Source: an uncultured Actinomycetota bacterium
Lineage (GTDB): Bacteria > Actinomycetota > Humimicrobiia > Humimicrobiales > Humimicrobiaceae
Length of the DNA: 37,495 bases
Assembly: GCA_964528815.1 (NCBI GenBank)
Contig: CAZGTW010000006.1
Span: forward strand, 1-37,495
Direction of reading: 5' to 3'
How positions within the stretch are numbered: position 1 is the first letter of the stretch; each line of letters opens with the position of its first letter. Of the stretch, positions 8,062-16,500 are shown one piece after another. The position numbers were made by a program, and so were the translations under genes. Under the pieces are notes generated by a model that was not told where the DNA came from, did no database searches, and was given only the letters and a program-made list of their open reading frames with translations.

Positions 8062-8170
8062 GCATTATTATTACTACTATTTATTTAAATTAATATTCTA
8101 TTATAATAGAGAAAATGTTAATAATGTTTCCATTTTACTTAAACCTTATTGTTTATCTTTAATAAAGAAA
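8062..8170. other. Strongly AT-rich tract (candidate DNA unwinding element of oriC)
   Basis: The roughly 110 nt directly after the last box is almost entirely A/T (e.g. ATTATTATTACTACTATTTATTTAAATTAATATTCTATTATAATAG). It has the location and composition typical of a DUE in dnaA-dnaN type origins. Confidence 0.45.
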
Positions 8171-8178
8171 GGTAAAAA

Positions 8179-9291
8179 ATGAAAATCCAGACAACCAGAG
8201 ACGAGGTTCTTAATAAGATTTTATTTGTAAGCAGGGCAATGTCCCCAAAGGTTTCCAATTTTATATTAAACGGCATAATGCTGGAAGCCGAGGAAACAAC
8301 ATTAAACATATACGGTACCGACCTGGAAACAAGCATAAAAAGCAATATCCCTGTAAAAGTGGATGTGCCGGGAAGGGTGGTGGTTCCATCAAAGATACTT
8401 ACTAATATATTAAAAAGTTTTCCGGAATCAAAAATAGAGATAGAGCTCCTGGGCTCGACAAACGAGCTCAAAGTTACCTGCCAGAAAGCAAATTTTATGC
8501 TTAACACTTTTTCGCTGGAAGAATATCCGCAGTTTCCGTCAATAAAAAAAGCAGGCTCTTTTAAGATAAAAATCCAGGATTTAAAATACCTGATCTCAAA
8601 AGTCCAGAAAGCAAGCTCCACAGATGAAAGCAGGGTGGTTTTGACAGGCATTCTGCTGGACCTTTCAGGTGAAAAACTAAAACTTGCCGCAACAGACAGC
8701 TACAGGCTTGCTGTTGCTGAAAGCGGTGTGGCATATACAGGGGAGCCGGTGAAAGTAGTGGTGCCTTCAAGAGTGCTGGACACTATTGCAAAAAGCGAAT
8801 CACATAATGGTGAAATAGAGCTTAATATAGAAGAAAACCAGATAAGTTTTTATATAAATGATGAAAAAGGCATGCAGACAACAATAATATCGAGACTTTT
8901 ATCGGGCAAGTTCCCCGATTATGAAAACCTGATTCCTGAAAACTTCAACCACAGCATAATCATAAAAAGGGAAGTAATGCTCGATGTCATAAAAAGGATA
9001 TCATCCATATCACAGGACAACATCCCGGTAAAGCTTGATATAGAGAACGGAAGAATCATAGTCTCCATGAATATAAGGGAAGTTGGCAGCTCCAGCGAAG
9101 ATTTTGAGGTCAGCTATGGGGAAGAGAACATCCAGATAGCTTTTAATCCGGATTTTTTAATAGACGGATTAAACACCATAGACGATGAAAAAATAATCTT
9201 CAATATTGTTGAACCCTTAAAACCCATTATGATAAAACCGGAAAAATTCGAAGGGCTTCTTTACCTGTTAATGCCCATACGTATATCCTGA
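8179..9291 (+). CDS. dnaN: DNA polymerase III beta sliding clamp DnaN
   Basis: 370 aa of three-domain clamp length. Sequence includes MKIQTTRDEVLNKILFVSRAMS, ATDSYRLA and LLSGKFPDYENLIP, and ends YLLMPIRI. It directly follows dnaA. Confidence 0.96.
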   Translation: MKIQTTRDEVLNKILFVSRAMSPKVSNFILNGIMLEAEETTLNIYGTDLETSIKSNIPVKVDVPGRVVVPSKILTNILKSFPESKIEIELLGSTNELKVTCQKANFMLNTFSLEEYPQFPSIKKAGSFKIKIQDLKYLISKVQKASSTDESRVVLTGILLDLSGEKLKLAATDSYRLAVAESGVAYTGEPVKVVVPSRVLDTIAKSESHNGEIELNIEENQISFYINDEKGMQTTIISRLLSGKFPDYENLIPENFNHSIIIKREVMLDVIKRISSISQDNIPVKLDIENGRIIVSMNIREVGSSSEDFEVSYGEENIQIAFNPDFLIDGLNTIDDEKIIFNIVEPLKPIMIKPEKFEGLLYLLMPIRIS

Positions 9292-9310
9292 GCCGCACAG
9301 GAGCCATGCA

Positions 9311-10237
9311 TTGAAACAATCCATTAAAAAAAGCATAGGAATAATAGGCGCTGGCCGCCTTGGCACTACGCTTGCTGCAGCGATAAACAAAAAAAAGATA
9401 AGCGGCATTGAACTCGTGGCAATCTCTTCAAAAACCGGCGATGCGCTTATCAGGGCGCAAGATATAATAGGAACGGTAAAAAATAACCTGATTTTTACTA
9501 CTGACAATAATAAGTGCGCCGCAGAAGCAGATTGTATTTTTATTTGCACGCCGGATGATATTATTGAAAATGTATGTAAAAGCATAGTCCAATCAAACCC
9601 CGGGGATATTAAAGCCAAGCTTTTCATACATTTCAGTGGTGCTAAAACACTAAAAGTTCTTTCAAGCGCAAGCGAAGCGGGTGCACATACCGCATCCATA
9701 CACCCGATTAAGTCCTTTGCGTCCATTAATGATTCAATAGAAACATTGCCGGGAACGATTTACGGGGTTACTTACCCCGTAAAACCGCACAGCGAAAGCA
9801 GGAAGTTTATAGACTATTTTGTTTTAAGCATGGGCGGCACTATAATCGAAGTGGAAGATGAAAAAAAATCGCTTTATCATGCGGCAGCATGCGTGGCCTC
9901 GAATTATCTTGTTGCCCTTGTAAATTATGCAGTGAGCATACATGAGGGCATTGGTATAAAAAAAGAAGACTCATTGAGGGCTCTTTCCGGCCTTATTGAA
10001 GGGACCATTGCAAATATAAAAAAGCTCGGGCCTCAGCAGGCGCTTACCGGACCAATTGCTAGAGGCGACACCGGTACGGTTGAAGAACATCTCGCCAACT
10101 TCAGCAAATATCTCGGGCCGGACCGGGACCTTGTTTACAGCATAATGGGCTATGAGACAGCAAAGCTTGCCTGCCAAAACGGGTGGATAAAAAAGCCGGT
10201 GCTTGAAGAATTCAGAAAAATTTTTAAAATTCAGTAA
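9311..10237 (+). CDS. Rossmann-fold NAD(P)-binding + DUF2520-like protein (possible PanG-type ketopantoate reductase)
   Basis: The N-terminal dinucleotide fold is IGIIGAGRLGTTLAAA. The C-terminal half (AAACVASNYLVALVNYA...LTGPIARGDTGTVEEHL) matches the DUF2520 pattern as I recall it. It has a TTG start and lies immediately upstream of panC-panD. Confidence 0.7.
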   Translation: MKQSIKKSIGIIGAGRLGTTLAAAINKKKISGIELVAISSKTGDALIRAQDIIGTVKNNLIFTTDNNKCAAEADCIFICTPDDIIENVCKSIVQSNPGDIKAKLFIHFSGAKTLKVLSSASEAGAHTASIHPIKSFASINDSIETLPGTIYGVTYPVKPHSESRKFIDYFVLSMGGTIIEVEDEKKSLYHAAACVASNYLVALVNYAVSIHEGIGIKKEDSLRALSGLIEGTIANIKKLGPQQALTGPIARGDTGTVEEHLANFSKYLGPDRDLVYSIMGYETAKLACQNGWIKKPVLEEFRKIFKIQ

Positions 10238-10314
10238 AAGCAGTAAAACAGGCAAAGCGCCATGACTCTTTAAGAAAAACTCTCATTTAATCTTTGGGAA
10301 AAGGTGGAACAGGA

Positions 10315-11220
10315 TTGGAAATCATTTCAAACATAAGTAAAATGCAAAAAATTTCCCGGTCCCTGTTTCGTAATGGTGAAACAGTGGGGCTTGTCCCGAC
10401 CATGGGCTATCTTCATGAAGGGCACATAAGCCTTATAAAAAAAGCCAGGAAAAATGCTGCAAAAGTAATAACCAGTATATTTGTAAACCCCACACAGTTC
10501 GGCCCCGGAGAGGATTACGAAACTTACCCGAGAGACATTGAAAGGGACAGTGAAATAGCTAAAAAAGCCGGCACGGATTATGTTTTTGTGCCCGGGGCGA
10601 AAGATATGTATCCAGCGGATTTTGCCACCTTTGTCGAAGTAAAGGAAATGGACAGTATTATGTGCGGGGCTTTTCGCCCCGGCCACTTCAGGGGCGTATG
10701 TACAGTTGTTCTTAAGTTATTTAATATCATATATCCGTCAATGGCATATTTCGGCCTTAAGGACTACCAGCAATACCTTATAATTAAAAAAATGGCAGCA
10801 GAACTTAACCTTCCGGTAAAAATCGTTGGTTGCCCGATAATAAGAGAAAAAGACGGCCTTGCAATGAGCTCAAGGAACAAGTATCTTACAGAGAAGGAGC
10901 GCAGAAGCGCCACAGTATTATACAGGAATCTGATATTTGCAAAAGCTGGAATAATTGAAGGCGAAAGGGATATGCTGAAACTGCAGAAGAGCTGCATTAA
11001 TAATATTAAAAGTAATGAAAGTATCTCAAAAATCGAATACTTTGATTTCAGGGACGGCACAACACTCAAAGAGATAAAGTCGCTTGAGCGGGCAGAAGGT
11101 ATGAAAATTCCGGAAAAATTACTGGTTGCAACAGCGGCCTATATTGGCAGGACCAGGCTTATAGACAATATTGTTTTAAATATTAAAAATATTTGTAAGC
11201 CGGGCGCTAAAGGTGTTTAA
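10315..11220 (+). CDS. panC: Pantoate--beta-alanine ligase PanC
   Basis: VGLVPTMGYLHEGHISLIKKAR (HIGH-type motif) and a family-typical FGLKDYQQ. The track start is a TTG at 10294. I prefer the TTG at 10315, which is preceded by AAGGTGG (10301-10307) and gives the usual short N-terminus LEIISNISKMQK. The start is uncertain by 21 nt. Confidence 0.92.
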   Translation: MEIISNISKMQKISRSLFRNGETVGLVPTMGYLHEGHISLIKKARKNAAKVITSIFVNPTQFGPGEDYETYPRDIERDSEIAKKAGTDYVFVPGAKDMYPADFATFVEVKEMDSIMCGAFRPGHFRGVCTVVLKLFNIIYPSMAYFGLKDYQQYLIIKKMAAELNLPVKIVGCPIIREKDGLAMSSRNKYLTEKERRSATVLYRNLIFAKAGIIEGERDMLKLQKSCINNIKSNESISKIEYFDFRDGTTLKEIKSLERAEGMKIPEKLLVATAAYIGRTRLIDNIVLNIKNICKPGAKGV

Positions 11221-11327
11221 ATCCTGGCAGTCCGGGCACATAAACTGTATAATCAGCAGTTTAAACCAGGAAAAGAATCTTATCAGGTGAAATTAAATAA
11301 AAAATCTTTTAAAAGGGGAAGGTTAAA

Positions 11328-11708
11328 GTGTTTATAAATGTTTTAAAGTGCAAGATACACAGGGCGACGGTAACTGATGCACAGATACATTATCATGGCA
11401 GTATTACTATTGACAGGGAGCTTATGGACAGGGCAGGGCTGCTGCCATTTGAGAAAGTAATGGTTGTCAGTCTTGACAGCGGGGAAAGGCTTGAAACATA
11501 TGTAATCGAAGGCGCAAGGGGAAGCGGTGAAATATGCCTGAATGGAGCTGCTGCAAGGAAAATCCTGAAAGGCGACACAGTCATAATAATTGCTTTTGTA
11601 ACAATAGATGCAAGGGAATATGCCACATTTGAGCCTGTTATAGTACATGTAGATGCCAACAACAGAATCGTAGAAGAGGACAACGGGGAAACAGATGACC
11701 AATGTTAG
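11328..11708 (+). CDS. panD: Aspartate 1-decarboxylase PanD (pyruvoyl-dependent)
   Basis: MFINVLKCKIHRATVTDAQIHYHGSITID carries the Gly-Ser self-cleavage site. It is 126 aa with a GTG start after GGGGAAGG. Confidence 0.94.
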   Translation: MFINVLKCKIHRATVTDAQIHYHGSITIDRELMDRAGLLPFEKVMVVSLDSGERLETYVIEGARGSGEICLNGAAARKILKGDTVIIIAFVTIDAREYATFEPVIVHVDANNRIVEEDNGETDDQC

Positions 11709-12583
11709 AAAAACCTGCAGGAAAGAAAATTAAAAAAAATACCCTCTTTTTTTGCACCCTTTTTTTGCTGCCTGCAAGCCTGTTTTTTATTTTATCCTGC
11801 AGCAATATAAAAATAACAACCCCTGACGCCGGTTTTATACAAATGGAGCCGGATTCAAGCACAGGAAACAGCAAAGAAGGCACTACCGGTGAGGGTTCGG
11901 CAAATACCACAGCGCCTTCATCCGGAAAAGATGTAATTTATTTTTTTGACTACAGTTCTGTAGAAATCGAGCCGACACAGTCAATAGATCTTTTAATAAA
12001 GAACTGTAACATTTATATGGATATTTACGGCGACATTATTGTTCTTGGTGAAATCGAAAATCTTTCAAATGCCTGGAAAACAAATATCGAAATTACTTTT
12101 AACTTTAATGACAGCTCGGGCATGGAAATAGATTTTGTAAAAACCCCTGCGTTTGCAAGCTATTTGCAGCCCGGCAGCATTATGCCTTTTTATCTTGTAT
12201 ATTCAGAAAGGTCAAACTATATAAATATATCCAGTGTTAAAATAGGCACGAATTTCAGGAATTATAATAAAAGCCCAAAAGGGCTGCCGATTGTTGCAGA
12301 AGAAAAGAGGGGTTTTATAAATAAAATATTTAATGTAAGCGGCAAAGTCACAAATATTGGAGACAACAGCATAGAGGACCTGAAAATATTCTGCACATTC
12401 TATAATTTAAAGAACCAGGTGGTTTTCATAAAGAAATGCTACATAAAAGAGGACATGATGGGCCCGCTTGAGGAGCAGGACTTCAGGCTCGAAGTGCTGA
12501 TGGATGAATATCTTCCGGAATTTACTCACTACAGATTTGGAGCATTTTTCAGAGATTCGCTTAAAATCCCGGACCAGGAGTAA
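11702..12583 (+). CDS. Hypothetical lipoprotein with two tandem related beta-rich domains
   Basis: Signal peptide with lipobox FFILSC. Its ATG overlaps the panD stop by 7 nt. The two halves share the pattern xGx(I/V)xNxxxxxxxx(I)xxTFxN...F.L.V (LGEIENLSNAWKTNIEITFNFN versus SGKVTNIGDNSIEDLKIFCTFYN). Confidence 0.65.
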   Translation: MLEKPAGKKIKKNTLFFCTLFLLPASLFFILSCSNIKITTPDAGFIQMEPDSSTGNSKEGTTGEGSANTTAPSSGKDVIYFFDYSSVEIEPTQSIDLLIKNCNIYMDIYGDIIVLGEIENLSNAWKTNIEITFNFNDSSGMEIDFVKTPAFASYLQPGSIMPFYLVYSERSNYINISSVKIGTNFRNYNKSPKGLPIVAEEKRGFINKIFNVSGKVTNIGDNSIEDLKIFCTFYNLKNQVVFIKKCYIKEDMMGPLEEQDFRLEVLMDEYLPEFTHYRFGAFFRDSLKIPDQE

Positions 12584-12697
12584 AAATATGGCTTTGGCCA
12601 TGACAAATTCCATTAAAATTTAAGTTTTTTATATATTAATATTATAATAATAAACCAGTAATCCTTTAAGTTATAAAATAAATATAAGGGAAGAAAC

Positions 12698-14098
12698 TTG
12701 AAAAAATTAAAATCATCCAAACAGGTTTTTATACCAGCAGCAATATTAACAATATTATTGTGCTGTTTTGTGCTTGTTTCCTGTTCCTTTTTCAGTGAAA
12801 GTGAAAATGCGCAGGAACAGGCAGTCTCTACAGAAGCAGAAGCATCACCCCAGGAAGAGCAGCCCGCAGATGTCTTACTGATAGAGGAAGTAACGATTTG
12901 GGACAAGCTGGAGCCCGGGGAACAGATACAGCTAATGGACACGATAGAAAAATATACTGCATTAAACCAGCAAATAAAAATAAACACCCGTCATTTCCGG
13001 AGCGAGGAAGAGCTTGTCGATCAGTTCAGGGCAGCAAGCCTGGCTGGTGCAGGGCCGGAAATTGTTCTTGCCAGGCTGGAGTCCGCATCAGTTCTTGCAG
13101 GCGCAAGTGTTTTAAAGCCCATTACTGACGACATGGCATATCCTGATATTCTCGAAGGGCTTGCTGAAATATCTGCTGTCGAAAATAAAAGCTATGCCAT
13201 ACCCTTCAGGGCTTTTGATTTCCTCATGCTCTTTTATAACCGTGATTTTATCAGTGAAGCGCCGGAAAGTTTTGAGGAACTTATAGAATACTGCAGGGAA
13301 GTAAATAACCCGAAAGAGGAAACTTATGGTTTCATACTGAATTCTTCTGAAGCAGACTGGATACTTCCATTTATTGGAGGATACCAGGACTGGGTATATG
13401 ATTATTCAACAGGGGCCATAAATCTTGACACCCAGGCAACAGTTAAAACACTGGAATTTTTAACTATGCTTTATAACCAGGAAAAAGTGGTTCCGCAAGG
13501 TTATGAATATGAAGATATCAACAATGCTTTTAAAGAAGGCAGGGCCCACATGATAATAAATGGGAACTGGGCCGTGGAAGAATATATTGAAAATGGCCCG
13601 GACTTCGGCATTGCAGAAATTCCTGTTGTATGGGGAGGATTGAAAAATCCCACCCCGATGATAGACGGCATAGGATTTATGATAAATGCCAATACATTCG
13701 GTAAATCACTTGAAAATACAAAAAGCTTTATTGAATACCTGATGTCAGAAGAAATACAGCAGAAATGGACAGAAAATACGGCCACAATGCCATCTTTAAA
13801 ATCAATGGCTTCCAGCCCTTTTATTTCTTCAAATCAGTATTACCTTGCCCAGGCCAGGCAATCAGCAATTTGCAGGGGCAAACCTCCCGGGGAAGCATTA
13901 ATAGCAATACGTGAAGCATTGATGATGAATTTAAAAAATGTGCTAAGCGGCAGCATCATACCTGAAGATGCTGTAAAGAAAATACAGGAAGACGTTATAA
14001 AGCTGAGATCCGGTTCAGAAACAGGGACAGATGCGTTTACGGGCGGGCCGGACGAAAATGCCGATACTTCATTAACAAGCGAAAGCCTGGCGGAATGA
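12698..14098 (+). CDS. Extracellular solute-binding lipoprotein (ABC family 1, sugar-type)
   Basis: 466 aa with lipobox VLVSC and a TTG start after AAGGGAAG. SBP_bac_1-like features include WDKLEPGE...KYTALNQQIKIN, GPEIVLA, AIPFRAFDFLMLFYNRD and INGNWAVEEY. The window contains no permease or ATPase genes. Confidence 0.8.
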   Translation: MKKLKSSKQVFIPAAILTILLCCFVLVSCSFFSESENAQEQAVSTEAEASPQEEQPADVLLIEEVTIWDKLEPGEQIQLMDTIEKYTALNQQIKINTRHFRSEEELVDQFRAASLAGAGPEIVLARLESASVLAGASVLKPITDDMAYPDILEGLAEISAVENKSYAIPFRAFDFLMLFYNRDFISEAPESFEELIEYCREVNNPKEETYGFILNSSEADWILPFIGGYQDWVYDYSTGAINLDTQATVKTLEFLTMLYNQEKVVPQGYEYEDINNAFKEGRAHMIINGNWAVEEYIENGPDFGIAEIPVVWGGLKNPTPMIDGIGFMINANTFGKSLENTKSFIEYLMSEEIQQKWTENTATMPSLKSMASSPFISSNQYYLAQARQSAICRGKPPGEALIAIREALMMNLKNVLSGSIIPEDAVKKIQEDVIKLRSGSETGTDAFTGGPDENADTSLTSESLAE

Positions 14099-14120
14099 CC
14101 AGCATGAAAGGCTCCGGGCA

Positions 14121-14804
14121 TTGGACGATTTAAAAGAAACAAATCAGGTTAACAGTAATGAATACGGCAACGATGATGCTGAAGAAGAAAATTTCCAGGG
14201 CACAGCAGAAAGCCGTGTTCGCGAGCAAAGGGACCAGGATGATAAAAGGCTTGTTACACTTTCCCAGAAAGGGGACAAAGCAGCTTTTGAGAAACTTGTA
14301 AGGATGTATTCAAAGTATGTCTATACCAACGCCTTTTTTATGCTGCGCGATACCCATGAAGCAGAGGATGTCAGCCAGGAAGTCTTTGTAAAAGTATATC
14401 TGTCAATAAAGAATTTCAGGGGGCTTTCAAGCTTCAAGACGTGGCTGAGAAAACTTACCATAAATACATGTATAGACAAGTTAAGGATAAAATCAAAAAC
14501 AACTGATAAAAAAGTGAGCCTTGAAGCCTTTGAAGAAAATTATGACGTTGTTTTTACGGACCTCAACCATAATATAGAGCGGAACTTCATAGCAAGGGAG
14601 ACAATAAAAGAGGTACTGGATATAATTGTGAACCTGGAAGAAAGCTACAGGATACCTCTTATCCTGAGAGACTTCCAGGATTACAGCTACAGGGAAATTG
14701 CAATACTCATAAAAAAGCCCATCGGGACAGTAAAAACTAATATCCACAGGGCAAGAAAAATAATCAAGGATAAATTGAAATATGAGAAAGAGAAGAAAAT
14801 CTGA
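14121..14804 (+). CDS. ECF-type RNA polymerase sigma-70 family factor with acidic N-terminal extension
   Basis: Region 2 reads AFEKLVRMYSKYVYTNAFFMLRDTHEAEDVSQEVFVKVY...FKTWLRKLTINTCIDKLR. Region 4 reads YRIPLILRDFQDYSYREIAILIKKPIGTVKTNIHRARKIIK. TTG start. Confidence 0.88.
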   Translation: MDDLKETNQVNSNEYGNDDAEEENFQGTAESRVREQRDQDDKRLVTLSQKGDKAAFEKLVRMYSKYVYTNAFFMLRDTHEAEDVSQEVFVKVYLSIKNFRGLSSFKTWLRKLTINTCIDKLRIKSKTTDKKVSLEAFEENYDVVFTDLNHNIERNFIARETIKEVLDIIVNLEESYRIPLILRDFQDYSYREIAILIKKPIGTVKTNIHRARKIIKDKLKYEKEKKI

Positions 14805-15124
14805 TGGCTGATATAGACAAATACATGAAAATGGCCAAAAAAGTAGTAATTAAGCCTGAGGACCATAATATCGAGGACAGGATAATCGAAAGAATATCCT
14901 GTGTTGATGAAAAAGATAAGAGCCTGCTGGATAGTAAATTCATGGAATATCTGGAAAAAAACAATTCCCGGCTTTATCTTTTTTCAGAAGGCATTAAAAA
15001 TAACCCCGGAAAATTCGTATTGGTCCTGGCGTCTATTTTTATGGTACTGGCTTTTATAGTGCTTATTTTCAGGAACAGTTCGCGCCTGACAAAAGGGGAT
15101 GGCAGCAAACCCCCGGAAAATTAA
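14804..15124 (+). CDS. Putative membrane-anchored anti-sigma factor
   Basis: The start overlaps the sigma stop (TGATG, 1-nt overlap), implying translational coupling. It is 106 aa with a single TM helix, FVLVLASIFMVLAFIVLIF. The function is inferred from position only. Confidence 0.55.
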   Translation: MADIDKYMKMAKKVVIKPEDHNIEDRIIERISCVDEKDKSLLDSKFMEYLEKNNSRLYLFSEGIKNNPGKFVLVLASIFMVLAFIVLIFRNSSRLTKGDGSKPPEN

Positions 15125-15135
15125 ATTTACCCGGG

Positions 15136-15348
15136 CTATCTTCTCCTGAAAATGAGTATGAGTATTATTATAAATACAATAATTACCCAGAACCAGGGGT
15201 TAGTAAGAAGGTCCCTGATGGGGGAATACGGTATTTTTCCAAAAAGGGTATTTAAGGTTATTTCAAACCAGCTATATATCCGGGTCCAGAGAAACTTCAT
15301 GTTTTCTGCACTGAAAAATTCCTGGAGCCTGACAATAAAAATTTCCAT
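15136..15348 (-). CDS. Hypothetical small tail-anchored membrane protein
   Basis: 70 aa with a C-terminal TM WFWVIIVFIIILILIF followed by RRR. It is divergent from mnmA. No homology is recognised, and a 75-aa plus-strand shadow ORF overlaps it. Confidence 0.35.
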   Translation of the reverse strand: MEIFIVRLQEFFSAENMKFLWTRIYSWFEITLNTLFGKIPYSPIRDLLTNPWFWVIIVFIIILILIFRRR

Positions 15349-15433
15349 ACTTTATATAATAAATTATTTTATAAAATAATATATATTATAGGTTAATTTT
15401 CCAAATAAAAAAAATATTATCCAGAAAAAGCAA

Positions 15434-16498
15434 ATGAGCAAAGGCAAAAAAATTCTTATCGCAATGAGCGGGGGAGTGGATTCTTCGGTGGCTGCAATGC
15501 TGTTAAAAGACGAAGGCTTCGGCGTCGCAGGAATGACAATGTGTTTCGGGGTAGAGCTTGACCATGCAAAAGGAACAAAATGCTGCGGTGCGGAAGCAAT
15601 AAATGATGCAAGGAGAGTCTGCAGCTATCTGGGGATACCCCACTATGTTTCAGATTATTCCAGGCATATGAAAGAAAAAGTTATAAAAAAATTTATAAGG
15701 AATTATCTTGCAGGGCTCACCCCGAATCCATGCATAGACTGTAACAGGCACTTAAAATTTGAGCTCATGCTCAATCACGCAAGAAGGCTGGGATTTGATT
15801 TCTTTGCAACGGGCCACTATGCAAGGATACTTGAAGATAAAACAGGGTTTTACTTATCCAGGGCGCATGACAGGCTGAAGGACCAGAGCTACTTTTTGTA
15901 TGTGATTAAACGCAGCGACCTTGGCTTTATTAAACTGCCTCTGGGAGGATACGATAAAAAAACAGTAAGGAATATCGCATCCGGGGCAGGGCTGCCGGTT
16001 GCCGGCAAGGATGAGAGCCAGGACATATGTTTTTTAGATAATGATTACAGGGACTTTATTTCAGGTTTGAATCCGGTTGCGGGGGTTCCCGGTGACATAA
16101 TAGATAAAGAAGGCAAAATCCTGGGCAGGCACAAGGGTGTTGCACATTACACAATAGGCCAGCGCAAAGGGCTTGGAATAAGCCACTCCGAGCCACTTTT
16201 CGTAACCGGCATAGATGCGGTAAAAAACCTGGTTATAATTGGGACAAAAGAAGACCTCAAATCCGGCGGCTTTACTGTAAAAGATATAAACCTGCTTGTT
16301 GATAAAATGCCTTCTGAGGCAAAAGTTAAGATAAGATACCAGGGAACAGAAATGCCCTGCAAGATAAAACAGTATAAACATATACTCAGGGTTGTATTTA
16401 CCTGTCCCCAGGAAGCTGTCACCCCGGGACAAAGCGCAGTCTTTTATGAAGGCGACAGGGTCCTTGGCGGGGGAGTGATTTTAAAAAAAATAAACTGA
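15434..16498 (+). CDS. mnmA: tRNA 2-thiouridine(34) synthase MnmA
   Basis: PP-loop ILIAMSGGVDSSVAA, conserved NPCIDCNRHLKF, and ATGHYAR. 354 aa. Confidence 0.95.
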   Translation: MSKGKKILIAMSGGVDSSVAAMLLKDEGFGVAGMTMCFGVELDHAKGTKCCGAEAINDARRVCSYLGIPHYVSDYSRHMKEKVIKKFIRNYLAGLTPNPCIDCNRHLKFELMLNHARRLGFDFFATGHYARILEDKTGFYLSRAHDRLKDQSYFLYVIKRSDLGFIKLPLGGYDKKTVRNIASGAGLPVAGKDESQDICFLDNDYRDFISGLNPVAGVPGDIIDKEGKILGRHKGVAHYTIGQRKGLGISHSEPLFVTGIDAVKNLVIIGTKEDLKSGGFTVKDINLLVDKMPSEAKVKIRYQGTEMPCKIKQYKHILRVVFTCPQEAVTPGQSAVFYEGDRVLGGGVILKKIN

Positions 16499-16500
16499 TG

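Noticed and set aside
7964-8182. 72-aa ORF in the dnaA-dnaN spacer.
   Set aside because: It covers the DnaA-box repeats and the AT-rich tract. It includes a YYYYY run from ATT/TAT repeats and has no RBS. The region is better explained as non-coding oriC sequence.
8139-9726. Minus-strand ORFs 8139-8651 (170 aa), 8561-8770 and 9268-9726 (152 aa).
   Set aside because: They are antisense to dnaN and to the Rossmann/DUF2520 gene, both of which have strong family signatures.
12584-12612. Hairpin ATGGC-TTTG-GCCAT after the lipoprotein gene as a terminator.
   Set aside because: The stem is only 5 bp and no T-run follows.
12613-12987. 124-aa minus-strand ORF overlapping the start of the solute-binding protein gene.
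   Set aside because: It is antisense to a well-supported lipoprotein signal peptide and SBP domain, and has no motifs.
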